Assembly: GCA_964019425.1 (NCBI GenBank)
Contig: OZ025805.1
Location: forward strand, 1 to 64,000
Length of the DNA: 64,000 bases
Direction of reading: 5' to 3'
Origin: Flectonema sp. DT1601
Taxonomy: Eukaryota
The notes under the pieces were generated by a model that saw nothing but the letters and a program-made list of their open reading frames with translations, did no database searches and was not told the origin of the DNA. How positions within the stretch are numbered: position 1 is the first letter of the stretch; each line of letters begins with the position of its first letter. Position numbers and translations under genes: made by a program. Shown here one piece after another: positions 1 through 12,000 of the stretch.

Positions 1-3000
1 GTTTGCGGGTTTGCGGGTTTGCGGGTTTGCGGGTTTGCGGGTTTGCGGGTTTGCGGGTTTGCGGGTTTGCGGGTTTGCGGGTTTGCGGGTTTGCGGGTTT
101 GCGGGTTTGCGGGTTTGCGGGTTTGCGGGTTTGCGGGTTTGCGGGTTTGCGGGTTTGCGGGTTTGCGGGTTTGCGGGTTTGCGGGTTTGCGGGTTTGCGG
201 GTTTGCGGGTTTGCGGGTTTGCGGGTTTGCGGGTTTGCGGGTTTGCGGGTTTGCGGGTTTGCGGGTTTGCGGGTTTGCGGGTTTGCGGGTTTGCGGGTTT
301 GCGGGTTTGCGGGTTTGCGGGTTTGCGGGTTTGCGGGTTTGCGGGTTTGCGGGTTTGCGGGTTTGCGGGTTTGCGGGTTTGCGGGTTTGCGGGTTTGCGG
401 GTTTGCGGGTTTGCGGGTTTGCGGGTTTGCGGGTTTGCGGGTTTGCGGGTTTGCGGGTTTGCGGGTTTGCGGGTTTGCGGGTTTGCGGGTTTGCGGGTTT
501 GCGGGTTTGCGGGTTTGCGGGTTTGCGGGTTTGCGGGTTTGCGGGTTTGCGGGTTTGCGGGTTTGCGGGTTTGCGGGTTTGCGGGTTTGCGGGTTTGCGG
601 GTTTGCGGGTTTGCGGGTTTGCGGGTTTGCGGGTTTGCGGGTTTGCGGGTTTGCGGGTTTGCGGGTTTGCGGGTTTGCGGGTTTGCGGGTTTGCGGGTTT
701 GCGGGTTTGCGGGTTTGCGGGTTTGCGGGTTTGCGGGTTTGCGGGTTTGCGGGTTTGCGGGTTTGCGGGTTTGCGGGTTTGCGGGTTTGCGGGTTTGCGG
801 GTTTGCGGGTTTGCGGGTTTGCGGGTTTGCGGGTTTGCGGGTTTGCGGGTTTGCGGGTTTGCGGGTTTGCGGGTTTGCGGGTTTGCGGGTTTGCGGGTTT
901 GCGGGTTTGCGGGTTTGCGGGTTTGCGGGTTTGCGGGTTTGCGGGTTTGCGGGTTTGCGGGTTTGCGGGTTTGCGGGTTTGCGGGTTTGCGGGTTTGCGG
1001 GTTTGCGGGTTTGCGGGTTTGCGGGTTTGCGGGTTTGCGGGTTTGCGGGTTTGCGGGTTTGCGGGTTTGCGGGTTTGCGGGTTTGCGGGTTTGCGGGTTT
1101 GCGGGTTTGCGGGTTTGCGGGTTTGCGGGTTTGCGGGTTTGCGGGTTTGCGGGTTTGCGGGTTTGCGGGTTTGCGGGTTTGCGGGTTTGCGGGTTTGCGG
1201 GTTTGCGGGTTTGCGGGTTTGCGGGTTTGCGGGTTTGCGGGTTTGCGGGTTTGCGGGTTTGCGGGTTTGCGGGTTTGCGGGTTTGCGGGTTTGCGGGTTT
1301 GCGGGTTTGCGGGTTTGCGGGTTTGCGGGTTTGCGGGTTTGCGGGTTTGCGGGTTTGCGGGTTTGCGGGTTTGCGGGTTTGCGGGTTTGCGGGTTTGCGG
1401 GTTTGCGGGTTTGCGGGTTTGCGGGTTTGCGGGTTTGCGGGTTTGCGGGTTTGCGGGTTTGCGGGTTTGCGGGTTTGCGGGTTTGCGGGTTTGCGGGTTT
1501 GCGGGTTTGCGGGTTTGCGGGTTTGCGGGTTTGCGGGTTTGCGGGTTTGCGGGTTTGCGGGTTTGCGGGTTTGCGGGTTTGCGGGTTTGCGGGTTTGCGG
1601 GTTTGCGGGTTTGCGGGTTTGCGGGTTTGCGGGTTTGCGGGTTTGCGGGTTTGCGGGTTTGCGGGTTTGCGGGTTTGCGGGTTTGCGGGTTTGCGGGTTT
1701 GCGGGTTTGCGGGTTTGCGGGTTTGCGGGTTTGCGGGTTTGCGGGTTTGCGGGTTTGCGGGTTTGCGGGTTTGCGGGTTTGCGGGTTTGCGGGTTTGCGG
1801 GTTTGCGGGTTTGCGGGTTTGCGGGTTTGCGGGTTTGCGGGTTTGCGGGTTTGCGGGTTTGCGGGTTTGCGGGTTTGCGGGTTTGCGGGTTTGCGGGTTT
1901 GCGGGTTTGCGGGTTTGCGGGTTTGCGGGTTTGCGGGTTTGCGGGTTTGCGGGTTTGCGGGTTTGCGGGTTTGCGGGTTTGCGGGTTTGCGGGTTTGCGG
2001 GTTTGCGGGTTTGCGGGTTTGCGGGTTTGCGGGTTTGCGGGTTTGCGGGTTTGCGGGTTTGCGGGTTTGCGGGTTTGCGGGTTTGCGGGTTTGCGGGTTT
2101 GCGGGTTTGCGGGTTTGCGGGTTTGCGGGTTTGCGGGTTTGCGGGTTTGCGGGTTTGCGGGTTTGCGGGTTTGCGGGTTTGCGGGTTTGCGGGTTTGCGG
2201 GTTTGCGGGTTTGCGGGTTTGCGGGTTTGCGGGTTTGCGGGTTTGCGGGTTTGCGGGTTTGCGGGTTTGCGGGTTTGCGGGTTTGCGGGTTTGCGGGTTT
2301 GCGGGTTTGCGGGTTTGCGGGTTTGCGGGTTTGCGGGTTTGCGGGTTTGCGGGTTTGCGGGTTTGCGGGTTTGCGGGTTTGCGGGTTTGCGGGTTTGCGG
2401 GTTTGCGGGTTTGCGGGTTTGCGGGTTTGCGGGTTTGCGGGTTTGCGGGTTTGCGGGTTTGCGGGTTTGCGGGTTTGCGGGTTTGCGGGTTTGCGGGTTT
2501 GCGGGTTTGCGGGTTTGCGGGTTTGCGGGTTTGCGGGTTTGCGGGTTTGCGGGTTTGCGGGTTTGCGGGTTTGCGGGTTTGCGGGTTTGCGGGTTTGCGG
2601 GTTTGCGGGTTTGCGGGTTTGCGGGTTTGCGGGTTTGCGGGTTTGCGGGTTTGCGGGTTTGCGGGTTTGCGGGTTTGCGGGTTTGCGGGTTTGCGGGTTT
2701 GCGGGTTTGCGGGTTTGCGGGTTTGCGGGTTTGCGGGTTTGCGGGTTTGCGGGTTTGCGGGTTTGCGGGTTTGCGGGTTTGCGGGTTTGCGGGTTTGCGG
2801 GTTTGCGGGTTTGCGGGTTTGCGGGTTTGCGGGTTTGCGGGTTTGCGGGTTTGCGGGTTTGCGGGTTTGCGGGTTTGCGGGTTTGCGGGTTTGCGGGTTT
2901 GCGGGTTTGCGGGTTTGCGGGTTTGCGGGTTTGCGGGTTTGCGGGTTTGCGGGTTTGCGGGTTTGCGGGTTTGCGGGTTTGCGGGTTTGCGGGTTTGCGG

Positions 3001-6000
3001 GTTTGCGGGTTTGCGGGTTTGCGGGTTTGCGGGTTTGCGGGTTTGCGGGTTTGCGGGTTTGCGGGTTTGCGGGTTTGCGGGTTTGCGGGTTTGCGGGTTT
3101 GCGGGTTTGCGGGTTTGCGGGTTTGCGGGTTTGCGGGTTTGCGGGTTTGCGGGTTTGCGGGTTTGCGGGTTTGCGGGTTTGCGGGTTTGCGGGTTTGCGG
3201 GTTTGCGGGTTTGCGGGTTTGCGGGTTTGCGGGTTTGCGGGTTTGCGGGTTTGCGGGTTTGCGGGTTTGCGGGTTTGCGGGTTTGCGGGTTTGCGGGTTT
3301 GCGGGTTTGCGGGTTTGCGGGTTTGCGGGTTTGCGGGTTTGCGGGTTTGCGGGTTTGCGGGTTTGCGGGTTTGCGGGTTTGCGGGTTTGCGGGTTTGCGG
3401 GTTTGCGGGTTTGCGGGTTTGCGGGTTTGCGGGTTTGCGGGTTTGCGGGTTTGCGGGTTTGCGGGTTTGCGGGTTTGCGGGTTTGCGGGTTTGCGGGTTT
3501 GCGGGTTTGCGGGTTTGCGGGTTTGCGGGTTTGCGGGTTTGCGGGTTTGCGGGTTTGCGGGTTTGCGGGTTTGCGGGTTTGCGGGTTTGCGGGTTTGCGG
3601 GTTTGCGGGTTTGCGGGTTTGCGGGTTTGCGGGTTTGCGGGTTTGCGGGTTTGCGGGTTTGCGGGTTTGCGGGTTTGCGGGTTTGCGGGTTTGCGGGTTT
3701 GCGGGTTTGCGGGTTTGCGGGTTTGCGGGTTTGCGGGTTTGCGGGTTTGCGGGTTTGCGGGTTTGCGGGTTTGCGGGTTTGCGGGTTTGCGGGTTTGCGG
3801 GTTTGCGGGTTTGCGGGTTTGCGGGTTTGCGGGTTTGCGGGTTTGCGGGTTTGCGGGTTTGCGGGTTTGCGGGTTTGCGGGTTTGCGGGTTTGCGGGTTT
3901 GCGGGTTTGCGGGTTTGCGGGTTTGCGGGTTTGCGGGTTTGCGGGTTTGCGGGTTTGCGGGTTTGCGGGTTTGCGGGTTTGCGGGTTTGCGGGTTTGCGG
4001 GTTTGCGGGTTTGCGGGTTTGCGGGTTTGCGGGTTTGCGGGTTTGCGGGTTTGCGGGTTTGCGGGTTTGCGGGTTTGCGGGTTTGCGGGTTTGCGGGTTT
4101 GCGGGTTTGCGGGTTTGCGGGTTTGCGGGTTTGCGGGTTTGCGGGTTTGCGGGTTTGCGGGTTTGCGGGTTTGCGGGTTTGCGGGTTTGCGGGTTTGCGG
4201 GTTTGCGGGTTTGCGGGTTTGCGGGTTTGCGGGTTTGCGGGTTTGCGGGTTTGCGGGTTTGCGGGTTTGCGGGTTTGCGGGTTTGCGGGTTTGCGGGTTT
4301 GCGGGTTTGCGGGTTTGCGGGTTTGCGGGTTTGCGGGTTTGCGGGTTTGCGGGTTTGCGGGTTTGCGGGTTTGCGGGTTTGCGGGTTTGCGGGTTTGCGG
4401 GTTTGCGGGTTTGCGGGTTTGCGGGTTTGCGGGTTTGCGGGTTTGCGGGTTTGCGGGTTTGCGGGTTTGCGGGTTTGCGGGTTTGCGGGTTTGCGGGTTT
4501 GCGGGTTTGCGGGTTTGCGGGTTTGCGGGTTTGCGGGTTTGCGGGTTTGCGGGTTTGCGGGTTTGCGGGTTTGCGGGTTTGCGGGTTTGCGGGTTTGCGG
4601 GTTTGCGGGTTTGCGGGTTTGCGGGTTTGCGGGTTTGCGGGTTTGCGGGTTTGCGGGTTTGCGGGTTTGCGGGTTTGCGGGTTTGCGGGTTTGCGGGTTT
4701 GCGGGTTTGCGGGTTTGCGGGTTTGCGGGTTTGCGGGTTTGCGGGTTTGCGGGTTTGCGGGTTTGCGGGTTTGCGGGTTTGCGGGTTTGCGGGTTTGCGG
4801 GTTTGCGGGTTTGCGGGTTTGCGGGTTTGCGGGTTTGCGGGTTTGCGGGTTTGCGGGTTTGCGGGTTTGCGGGTTTGCGGGTTTGCGGGTTTGCGGGTTT
4901 GCGGGTTTGCGGGTTTGCGGGTTTGCGGGTTTGCGGGTTTGCGGGTTTGCGGGTTTGCGGGTTTGCGGGTTTGCGGGTTTGCGGGTTTGCGGGTTTGCGG
5001 GTTTGCGGGTTTGCGGGTTTGCGGGTTTGCGGGTTTGCGGGTTTGCGGGTTTGCGGGTTTGCGGGTTTGCGGGTTTGCGGGTTTGCGGGTTTGCGGGTTT
5101 GCGGGTTTGCGGGTTTGCGGGTTTGCGGGTTTGCGGGTTTGCGGGTTTGCGGGTTTGCGGGTTTGCGGGTTTGCGGGTTTGCGGGTTTGCGGGTTTGCGG
5201 GTTTGCGGGTTTGCGGGTTTGCGGGTTTGCGGGTTTGCGGGTTTGCGGGTTTGCGGGTTTGCGGGTTTGCGGGTTTGCGGGTTTGCGGGTTTGCGGGTTT
5301 GCGGGTTTGCGGGTTTGCGGGTTTGCGGGTTTGCGGGTTTGCGGGTTTGCGGGTTTGCGGGTTTGCGGGTTTGCGGGTTTGCGGGTTTGCGGGTTTGCGG
5401 GTTTGCGGGTTTGCGGGTTTGCGGGTTTGCGGGTTTGCGGGTTTGCGGGTTTGCGGGTTTGCGGGTTTGCGGGTTTGCGGGTTTGCGGGTTTGCGGGTTT
5501 GCGGGTTTGCGGGTTTGCGGGTTTGCGGGTTTGCGGGTTTGCGGGTTTGCGGGTTTGCGGGTTTGCGGGTTTGCGGGTTTGCGGGTTTGCGGGTTTGCGG
5601 GTTTGCGGGTTTGCGGGTTTGCGGGTTTGCGGGTTTGCGGGTTTGCGGGTTTGCGGGTTTGCGGGTTTGCGGGTTTGCGGGTTTGCGGGTTTGCGGGTTT
5701 GCGGGTTTGCGGGTTTGCGGGTTTGCGGGTTTGCGGGTTTGCGGGTTTGCGGGTTTGCGGGTTTGCGGGTTTGCGGGTTTGCGGGTTTGCGGGTTTGCGG
5801 GTTTGCGGGTTTGCGGGTTTGCGGGTTTGCGGGTTTGCGGGTTTGCGGGTTTGCGGGTTTGCGGGTTTGCGGGTTTGCGGGTTTGCGGGTTTGCGGGTTT
5901 GCGGGTTTGCGGGTTTGCGGGTTTGCGGGTTTGCGGGTTTGCGGGTTTGCGGGTTTGCGGGTTTGCGGGTTTGCGGGTTTGCGGGTTTGCGGGTTTGCGG

Positions 6001-9000
6001 GTTTGCGGGTTTGCGGGTTTGCGGGTTTGCGGGTTTGCGGGTTTGCGGGTTTGCGGGTTTGCGGGTTTGCGGGTTTGCGGGTTTGCGGGTTTGCGGGTTT
6101 GCGGGTTTGCGGGTTTGCGGGTTTGCGGGTTTGCGGGTTTGCGGGTTTGCGGGTTTGCGGGTTTGCGGGTTTGCGGGTTTGCGGGTTTGCGGGTTTGCGG
6201 GTTTGCGGGTTTGCGGGTTTGCGGGTTTGCGGGTTTGCGGGTTTGCGGGTTTGCGGGTTTGCGGGTTTGCGGGTTTGCGGGTTTGCGGGTTTGCGGGTTT
6301 GCGGGTTTGCGGGTTTGCGGGTTTGCGGGTTTGCGGGTTTGCGGGTTTGCGGGTTTGCGGGTTTGCGGGTTTGCGGGTTTGCGGGTTTGCGGGTTTGCGG
6401 GTTTGCGGGTTTGCGGGTTTGCGGGTTTGCGGGTTTGCGGGTTTGCGGGTTTGCGGGTTTGCGGGTTTGCGGGTTTGCGGGTTTGCGGGTTTGCGGGTTT
6501 GCGGGTTTGCGGGTTTGCGGGTTTGCGGGTTTGCGGGTTTGCGGGTTTGCGGGTTTGCGGGTTTGCGGGTTTGCGGGTTTGCGGGTTTGCGGGTTTGCGG
6601 GTTTGCGGGTTTGCGGGTTTGCGGGTTTGCGGGTTTGCGGGTTTGCGGGTTTGCGGGTTTGCGGGTTTGCGGGTTTGCGGGTTTGCGGGTTTGCGGGTTT
6701 GCGGGTTTGCGGGTTTGCGGGTTTGCGGGTTTGCGGGTTTGCGGGTTTGCGGGTTTGCGGGTTTGCGGGTTTGCGGGTTTGCGGGTTTGCGGGTTTGCGG
6801 GTTTGCGGGTTTGCGGGTTTGCGGGTTTGCGGGTTTGCGGGTTTGCGGGTTTGCGGGTTTGCGGGTTTGCGGGTTTGCGGGTTTGCGGGTTTGCGGGTTT
6901 GCGGGTTTGCGGGTTTGCGGGTTTGCGGGTTTGCGGGTTTGCGGCGGTTTGCGGGTTTGCGGGTTTGCGGGTTTGCGGGTTTGCGGGTTTGCGGGTTTGC
7001 GGGTTTGCGGGTTTGCGGGTTTGCGGGTTTGCGGGTTTGCGGGTTTGCGGGTTTGCGGGTTTGCGGGTTTGCGGGTTTGCGGGTTTGCGGGTTTGCGGGT
7101 TTGCGGGTTTGCGGGTTTGCGGGTTTGCGGGTTTGCGGGTTTGCGGGTTTGCGGGTTTGCGGGTTTGCGGGTTTGCGGGTTTGCGGGTTTGCGGGTTTGC
7201 GGGTTTGCGGGTTTGCGGGTTTGCGGGTTTGCGGGTTTGCGGGTTTGCGGGTTTGCGGGTTTGCGGGTTTGCGGGTTTGCGGGTTTGCGGGTTTGCGGGT
7301 TTGCGGGTTTGCGGGTTTGCGGGTTTGCGGGTTTGCGGGTTTGCGGGTTTGCGGGTTTGCGGGTTTGCGGGTTTGCGGGTTTGCGGGTTTGCGGGTTTGC
7401 GGGTTTGCGGGTTTGCGGGTTTGCGGGTTTGCGGGTTTGCGGGTTTGCGGGTTTGCGGGTTTGCGGGTTTGCGGGTTTGCGGGTTTGCGGGTTTGCGGGT
7501 TTGCGGGTTTGCGGGTTTGCGGGTTTGCGGGTTTGCGGGTTTGCGGGTTTGCGGGTTTGCGGGTTTGCGGGTTTGCGGGTTTGCGGGTTTGCGGGTTTGC
7601 GGGTTTGCGGGTTTGCGGGTTTGCGGGTTTGCGGGTTTGCGGGTTTGCGGGTTTGCGGGTTTGCGGGTTTGCGGGTTTGCGGGTTTGCGGGTTTGCGGGT
7701 TTGCGGGTTTGCGGGTTTGCGGGTTTGCGGGTTTGCGGGTTTGCGGGTTTGCGGGTTTGCGGGTTTGCGGGTTTGCGGGTTTGCGGGTTTGCGGGTTTGC
7801 GGGTTTGCGGGTTTGCGGGTTTGCGGGTTTGCGGGTTTGCGGGTTTGCGGGTTTGCGGGTTTGCGGGTTTGCGGGTTTGCGGGTTTGCGGGTTTGCGGGT
7901 TTGCGGGTTTGCGGGTTTGCGGGTTTGCGGGTTTGCGGGTTTGCGGGTTTGCGGGTTTGCGGGTTTGCGGGTTTGCGGGTTTGCGGGTTTGCGGGTTTGC
8001 GGGTTTGCGGGTTTGCGGGTTTGCGGGTTTGCGGGTTTGCGGGTTTGCGGGTTTGCGGGTTTGCGGGTTTGCGGGTTTGCGGGTTTGCGGGTTTGCGGGT
8101 TTGCGGGTTTGCGGGTTTGCGGGTTTGCGGGTTTGCGGGTTTGCGGGTTTGCGGGTTTGCGGGTTTGCGGGTTTGCGGGTTTGCGGGTTTGCGGGTTTGC
8201 GGGTTTGCGGGTTTGCGGGTTTGCGGGTTTGCGGGTTTGCGGGTTTGCGGGTTTGCGGGTTTGCGGGTTTGCGGGTTTGCGGGTTTGCGGGTTTGCGGGT
8301 TTGCGGGTTTGCGGGTTTGCGGGTTTGCGGGTTTGCGGGTTTGCGGGTTTGCGGGTTTGCGGGTTTGCGGGTTTGCGGTTTGCGGGTTTGCGGGTTTGCG
8401 GGTTTGCGGGTTTGCGGGTTTGCGGGTTTGCGGGTTTGCGGGTTTGCGGGTTTGCGGGTTTGCGGGTTTGCGGGTTTGCGGGTTTGCGGGTTTGCGGGTT
8501 TGCGGGTTTGCGGGTTTGCGGGTTTGCGGGTTTGCGGGTTTGCGGGTTTGCGGGTTTGCGGGTTTGCGGGTTTGCGGGTTTGCGGGTTTGCGGGTTTGCG
8601 GGTTTGCGGGTTTGCGGGTTTGCGGGTTTGCGGGTTTGCGGGTTTGCGGGTTTGCGGGTTTGCGGGTTTGCGGGGTTTGCGGGTTTGCGGGTTTGCGGGT
8701 TTGCGGGTTTGCGGGTTTGCGGGTTTGCGGGTTTGCGGGTTTGCGGGTTTGCGGGTTTGCGGGTTTGCGGGTTTGCGGGTTTGCGGGTTTGCGGGTTTGC
8801 GGGTTTGCGGGTTTGCGGGTTTGCGGGTTTGCGGGTTTGCGGGTTTGCGGGTTTGCGGGTTTGCGGGTTTGCGGGTTTGCGGGTTTGCGGGTTTGCGGGT
8901 TTGCGGGTTTGCGGGTTTGCGGGTTTGCGGGTTTGCGGGTTTGCGGGTTTGCGGGTTTGCGGGTTTGCGGGTTTGCGGGTTTGCGGGTTTGCGGGTTTGC

Positions 9001-12000
9001 GGGTTTGCGGGTTTGCGGGTTTGCGGGTTTGCGGGTTTGCGGGTTTGCGGGTTTGCGGGTTTGCGGGTTTGCGGGTTTGCGGGTTTGCGGGTTTGCGGGT
9101 TTGCGGGTTTGCGGGTTTGCGGGTTTGCGGGTTTGCGGGTTTGCGGGTTTGCGGGTTTGCGGGTTTGCGGGTTTGCGGGTTTGCGGGTTTGCGGGTTTGC
9201 GGGTTTGCGGGTTTGCGGGTTTGCGGGTTTGCGGGTTTGCGGGTTTGCGGGTTTGCGGGTTTGCGGGTTTGCGGGTTTGCGGGTTTGCGGGTTTGCGGGT
9301 TTGCGGGTTTGCGGGTTTGCGGGTTTGCGGGTTTGCGGGTTTGCGGGTTTGCGGGTTTGCGGGTTTGCGGGTTTGCGGGTTTGCGGGTTTGCGGGTTTGC
9401 GGGTTTGCGGGTTTGCGGGTTTGCGGGTTTGCGGGTTTGCGGGTTTGCGGGTTTGCGGGTTTGCGGGTTTGCGGGTTTGCGGGTTTGCGGGTTTGCGGGT
9501 TTGCGGGTTTGCGGGTTTGCGGGTTTGCGGGTTTGCGGGTTTGCGGGTTTGCGGGTTTGCGGGTTTGCGGGTTTGCGGGTTTGCGGGTTTGCGGGTTTGC
9601 GGGTTTGCGGGTTTGCGGGTTTGCGGGTTTGCGGGTTTGCGGGTTTGCGGGTTTGCGGGTTTGCGGGTTTGCGGGTTTGCGGGTTTGCGGGTTTGCGGGT
9701 TTGCGGGTTTGCGGGTTTGCGGGTTTGCGGGTTTGCGGGTTTGCGGGTTTGCGGGTTTGCGGGTTTGCGGGTTTGCGGGTTTGCGGGTTTGCGGGTTTGC
9801 GGGTTTGCGGGTTTGCGGGTTTGCGGGTTTGCGGGTTTGCGGGTTTGCGGGTTTGCGGGTTTGCGGGTTTGCGGGTTTGCGGGTTTGCGGGTTTGCGGGT
9901 TTGCGGGTTTGCGGGTTTGCGGGTTTGCGGGTTTGCGGGTTTGCGGGTTTGCGGGTTTGCGGGTTTGCGGGTTTGCGGGTTTGCGGGTTTGCGGGTTTGC
10001 GGGTTTGCGGGTTTGCGGGTTTGCGGGTTTGCGGGTTTGCGGGTTTGCGGGTTTGCGGGTTTGCGGGTTTGCGGGTTTGCGGGTTTGCGGGTTTGCGGGT
10101 TTGCGGGTTTGCGGGTTTGCGGGTTTGCGGGTTTGCGGGTTTGCGGGTTTGCGGGTTTGCGGGTTTGCGGGTTTGCGGGTTTGCGGGTTTGCGGGTTTGC
10201 GGGTTTGCGGGTTTGCGGGTTTGCGGGTTTGCGGGTTTGCGGGTTTGCGGGTTTGCGGGTTTGCGGGTTTGCGGGTTTGCGGGTTTGCGGGTTTGCGGGT
10301 TTGCGGGTTTGCGGGTTTGCGGGTTTGCGGGTTTGCGGGTTTGCGGGTTTGCGGGTTTGCGGGTTTGCGGGTTTGCGGGTTTGCGGGTTTGCGGGTTTGC
10401 GGGTTTGCGGGTTTGCGGGTTTGCGGGTTTGCGGGTTTGCGGGTTTGCGGGTTTGCGGGTTTGCGGGTTTGCGGGTTTGCGGGTTTGCGGGTTTGCGGGT
10501 TTGCGGGTTTGCGGGTTTGCGGGTTTGCGGGTTTGCGGGTTTGCGGGTTTGCGGGTTTGCGGGTTTGCGGGTTTGCGGGTTTGCGGGTTTGCGGGTTTGC
10601 GGGTTTGCGGGTTTGCGGGTTTGCGGGTTTGCGGGTTTGCGGGTTTGCGGGTTTGCGGGTTTGCGGGTTTGCGGGTTTGCGGGTTTGCGGGTTTGCGGGT
10701 TTGCGGGTTTGCGGGTTTGCGGGTTTGCGGGTTTGCGGGTTTGCGGGTTTGCGGGTTTGCGGGTTTGCGGGTTTGCGGGTTTGCGGGTTTGCGGGTTTGC
10801 GGGTTTGCGGGTTTGCGGGTTTGCGGGTTTGCGGGTTTGCGGGTTTGCGGGTTTGCGGGTTTGCGGGTTTGCGGGTTTGCGGGTTTGCGGGTTTGCGGGT
10901 TTGCGGGTTTGCGGGTTTGCGGGTTTGCGGGTTTGCGGGTTTGCGGGTTTGCGGGTTTGCGGGTTTGCGGGTTTGCGGGTTTGCGGGTTTGCGGGTTTGC
11001 GGGTTTGCGGGTTTGCGGGTTTGCGGGTTTGCGGGTTTGCGGGTTTGCGGGTTTGCGGGTTTGCGGGTTTGCGGGTTTGCGGGTTTGCGGGTTTGCGGGT
11101 TTGCGGGTTTGCGGGTTTGCGGGTTTGCGGGTTTGCGGGTTTGCGGGTTTGCGGGTTTGCGGGTTTGCGGGTTTGCGGGTTTGCGGGTTTGCGGGTTTGC
11201 GGGTTTGCGGGTTTGCGGGTTTGCGGGTTTGCGGGTTTGCGGGTTTGCGGGTTTGCGGGTTTGCGGGTTTGCGGGTTTGCGGGTTTGCGGGTTTGCGGGT
11301 TTGCGGGTTTGCGGGTTTGCGGGTTTGCGGGTTTGCGGGTTTGCGGGTTTGCGGGTTTGCGGGTTTGCGGGTTTGCGGGTTTGCGGGTTTGCGGGTTTGC
11401 GGGTTTGCGGGTTTGCGGGTTTGCGGGTTTGCGGGTTTGCGGGTTTGCGGGTTTGCGGGTTTGCGGGTTTGCGGGTTTGCGGGTTTGCGGGTTTGCGGGT
11501 TTGCGGGTTTGCGGGTTTGCGGGTTTGCGGGTTTGCGGGTTTGCGGGTTTGCGGGTTTGCGGGTTTGCGGGTTTGCGGGTTTGCGGGTTTGCGGGTTTGC
11601 GGGTTTGCGGGTTTGCGGGTTTGCGGGTTTGCGGGTTTGCGGGTTTGCGGGTTTGCGGGTTTGCGGGTTTGCGGGTTTGCGGGTTTGCGGGTTTGCGGGT
11701 TTGCGGGTTTGCGGGTTTGCGGGTTTGCGGGTTTGCGGGTTTGCGGGTTTGCGGGTTTGCGGGTTTGCGGGTTTGCGGGTTTGCGGGTTTGCGGGTTTGC
11801 GGGTTTGCGGGTTTGCGGGTTTGCGGGTTTGCGGGTTTGCGGGTTTGCGGGTTTGCGGGTTTGCGGGTTTGCGGGTTTGCGGGTTTGCGGGTTTGCGGGT
11901 TTGCGGGTTTGCGGGTTTGCGGGTTTGCGGGTTTGCGGGTTTGCGGGTTTGCGGGTTTGCGGGTTTGCGGGTTTGCGGGTTTGCGGGTTTGCGGGTTTGC

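Noticed and set aside
6940..8680. Variant satellite units as higher-order repeat structure
   Set aside because: Only three isolated indels with no periodicity; these could be sequencing errors.
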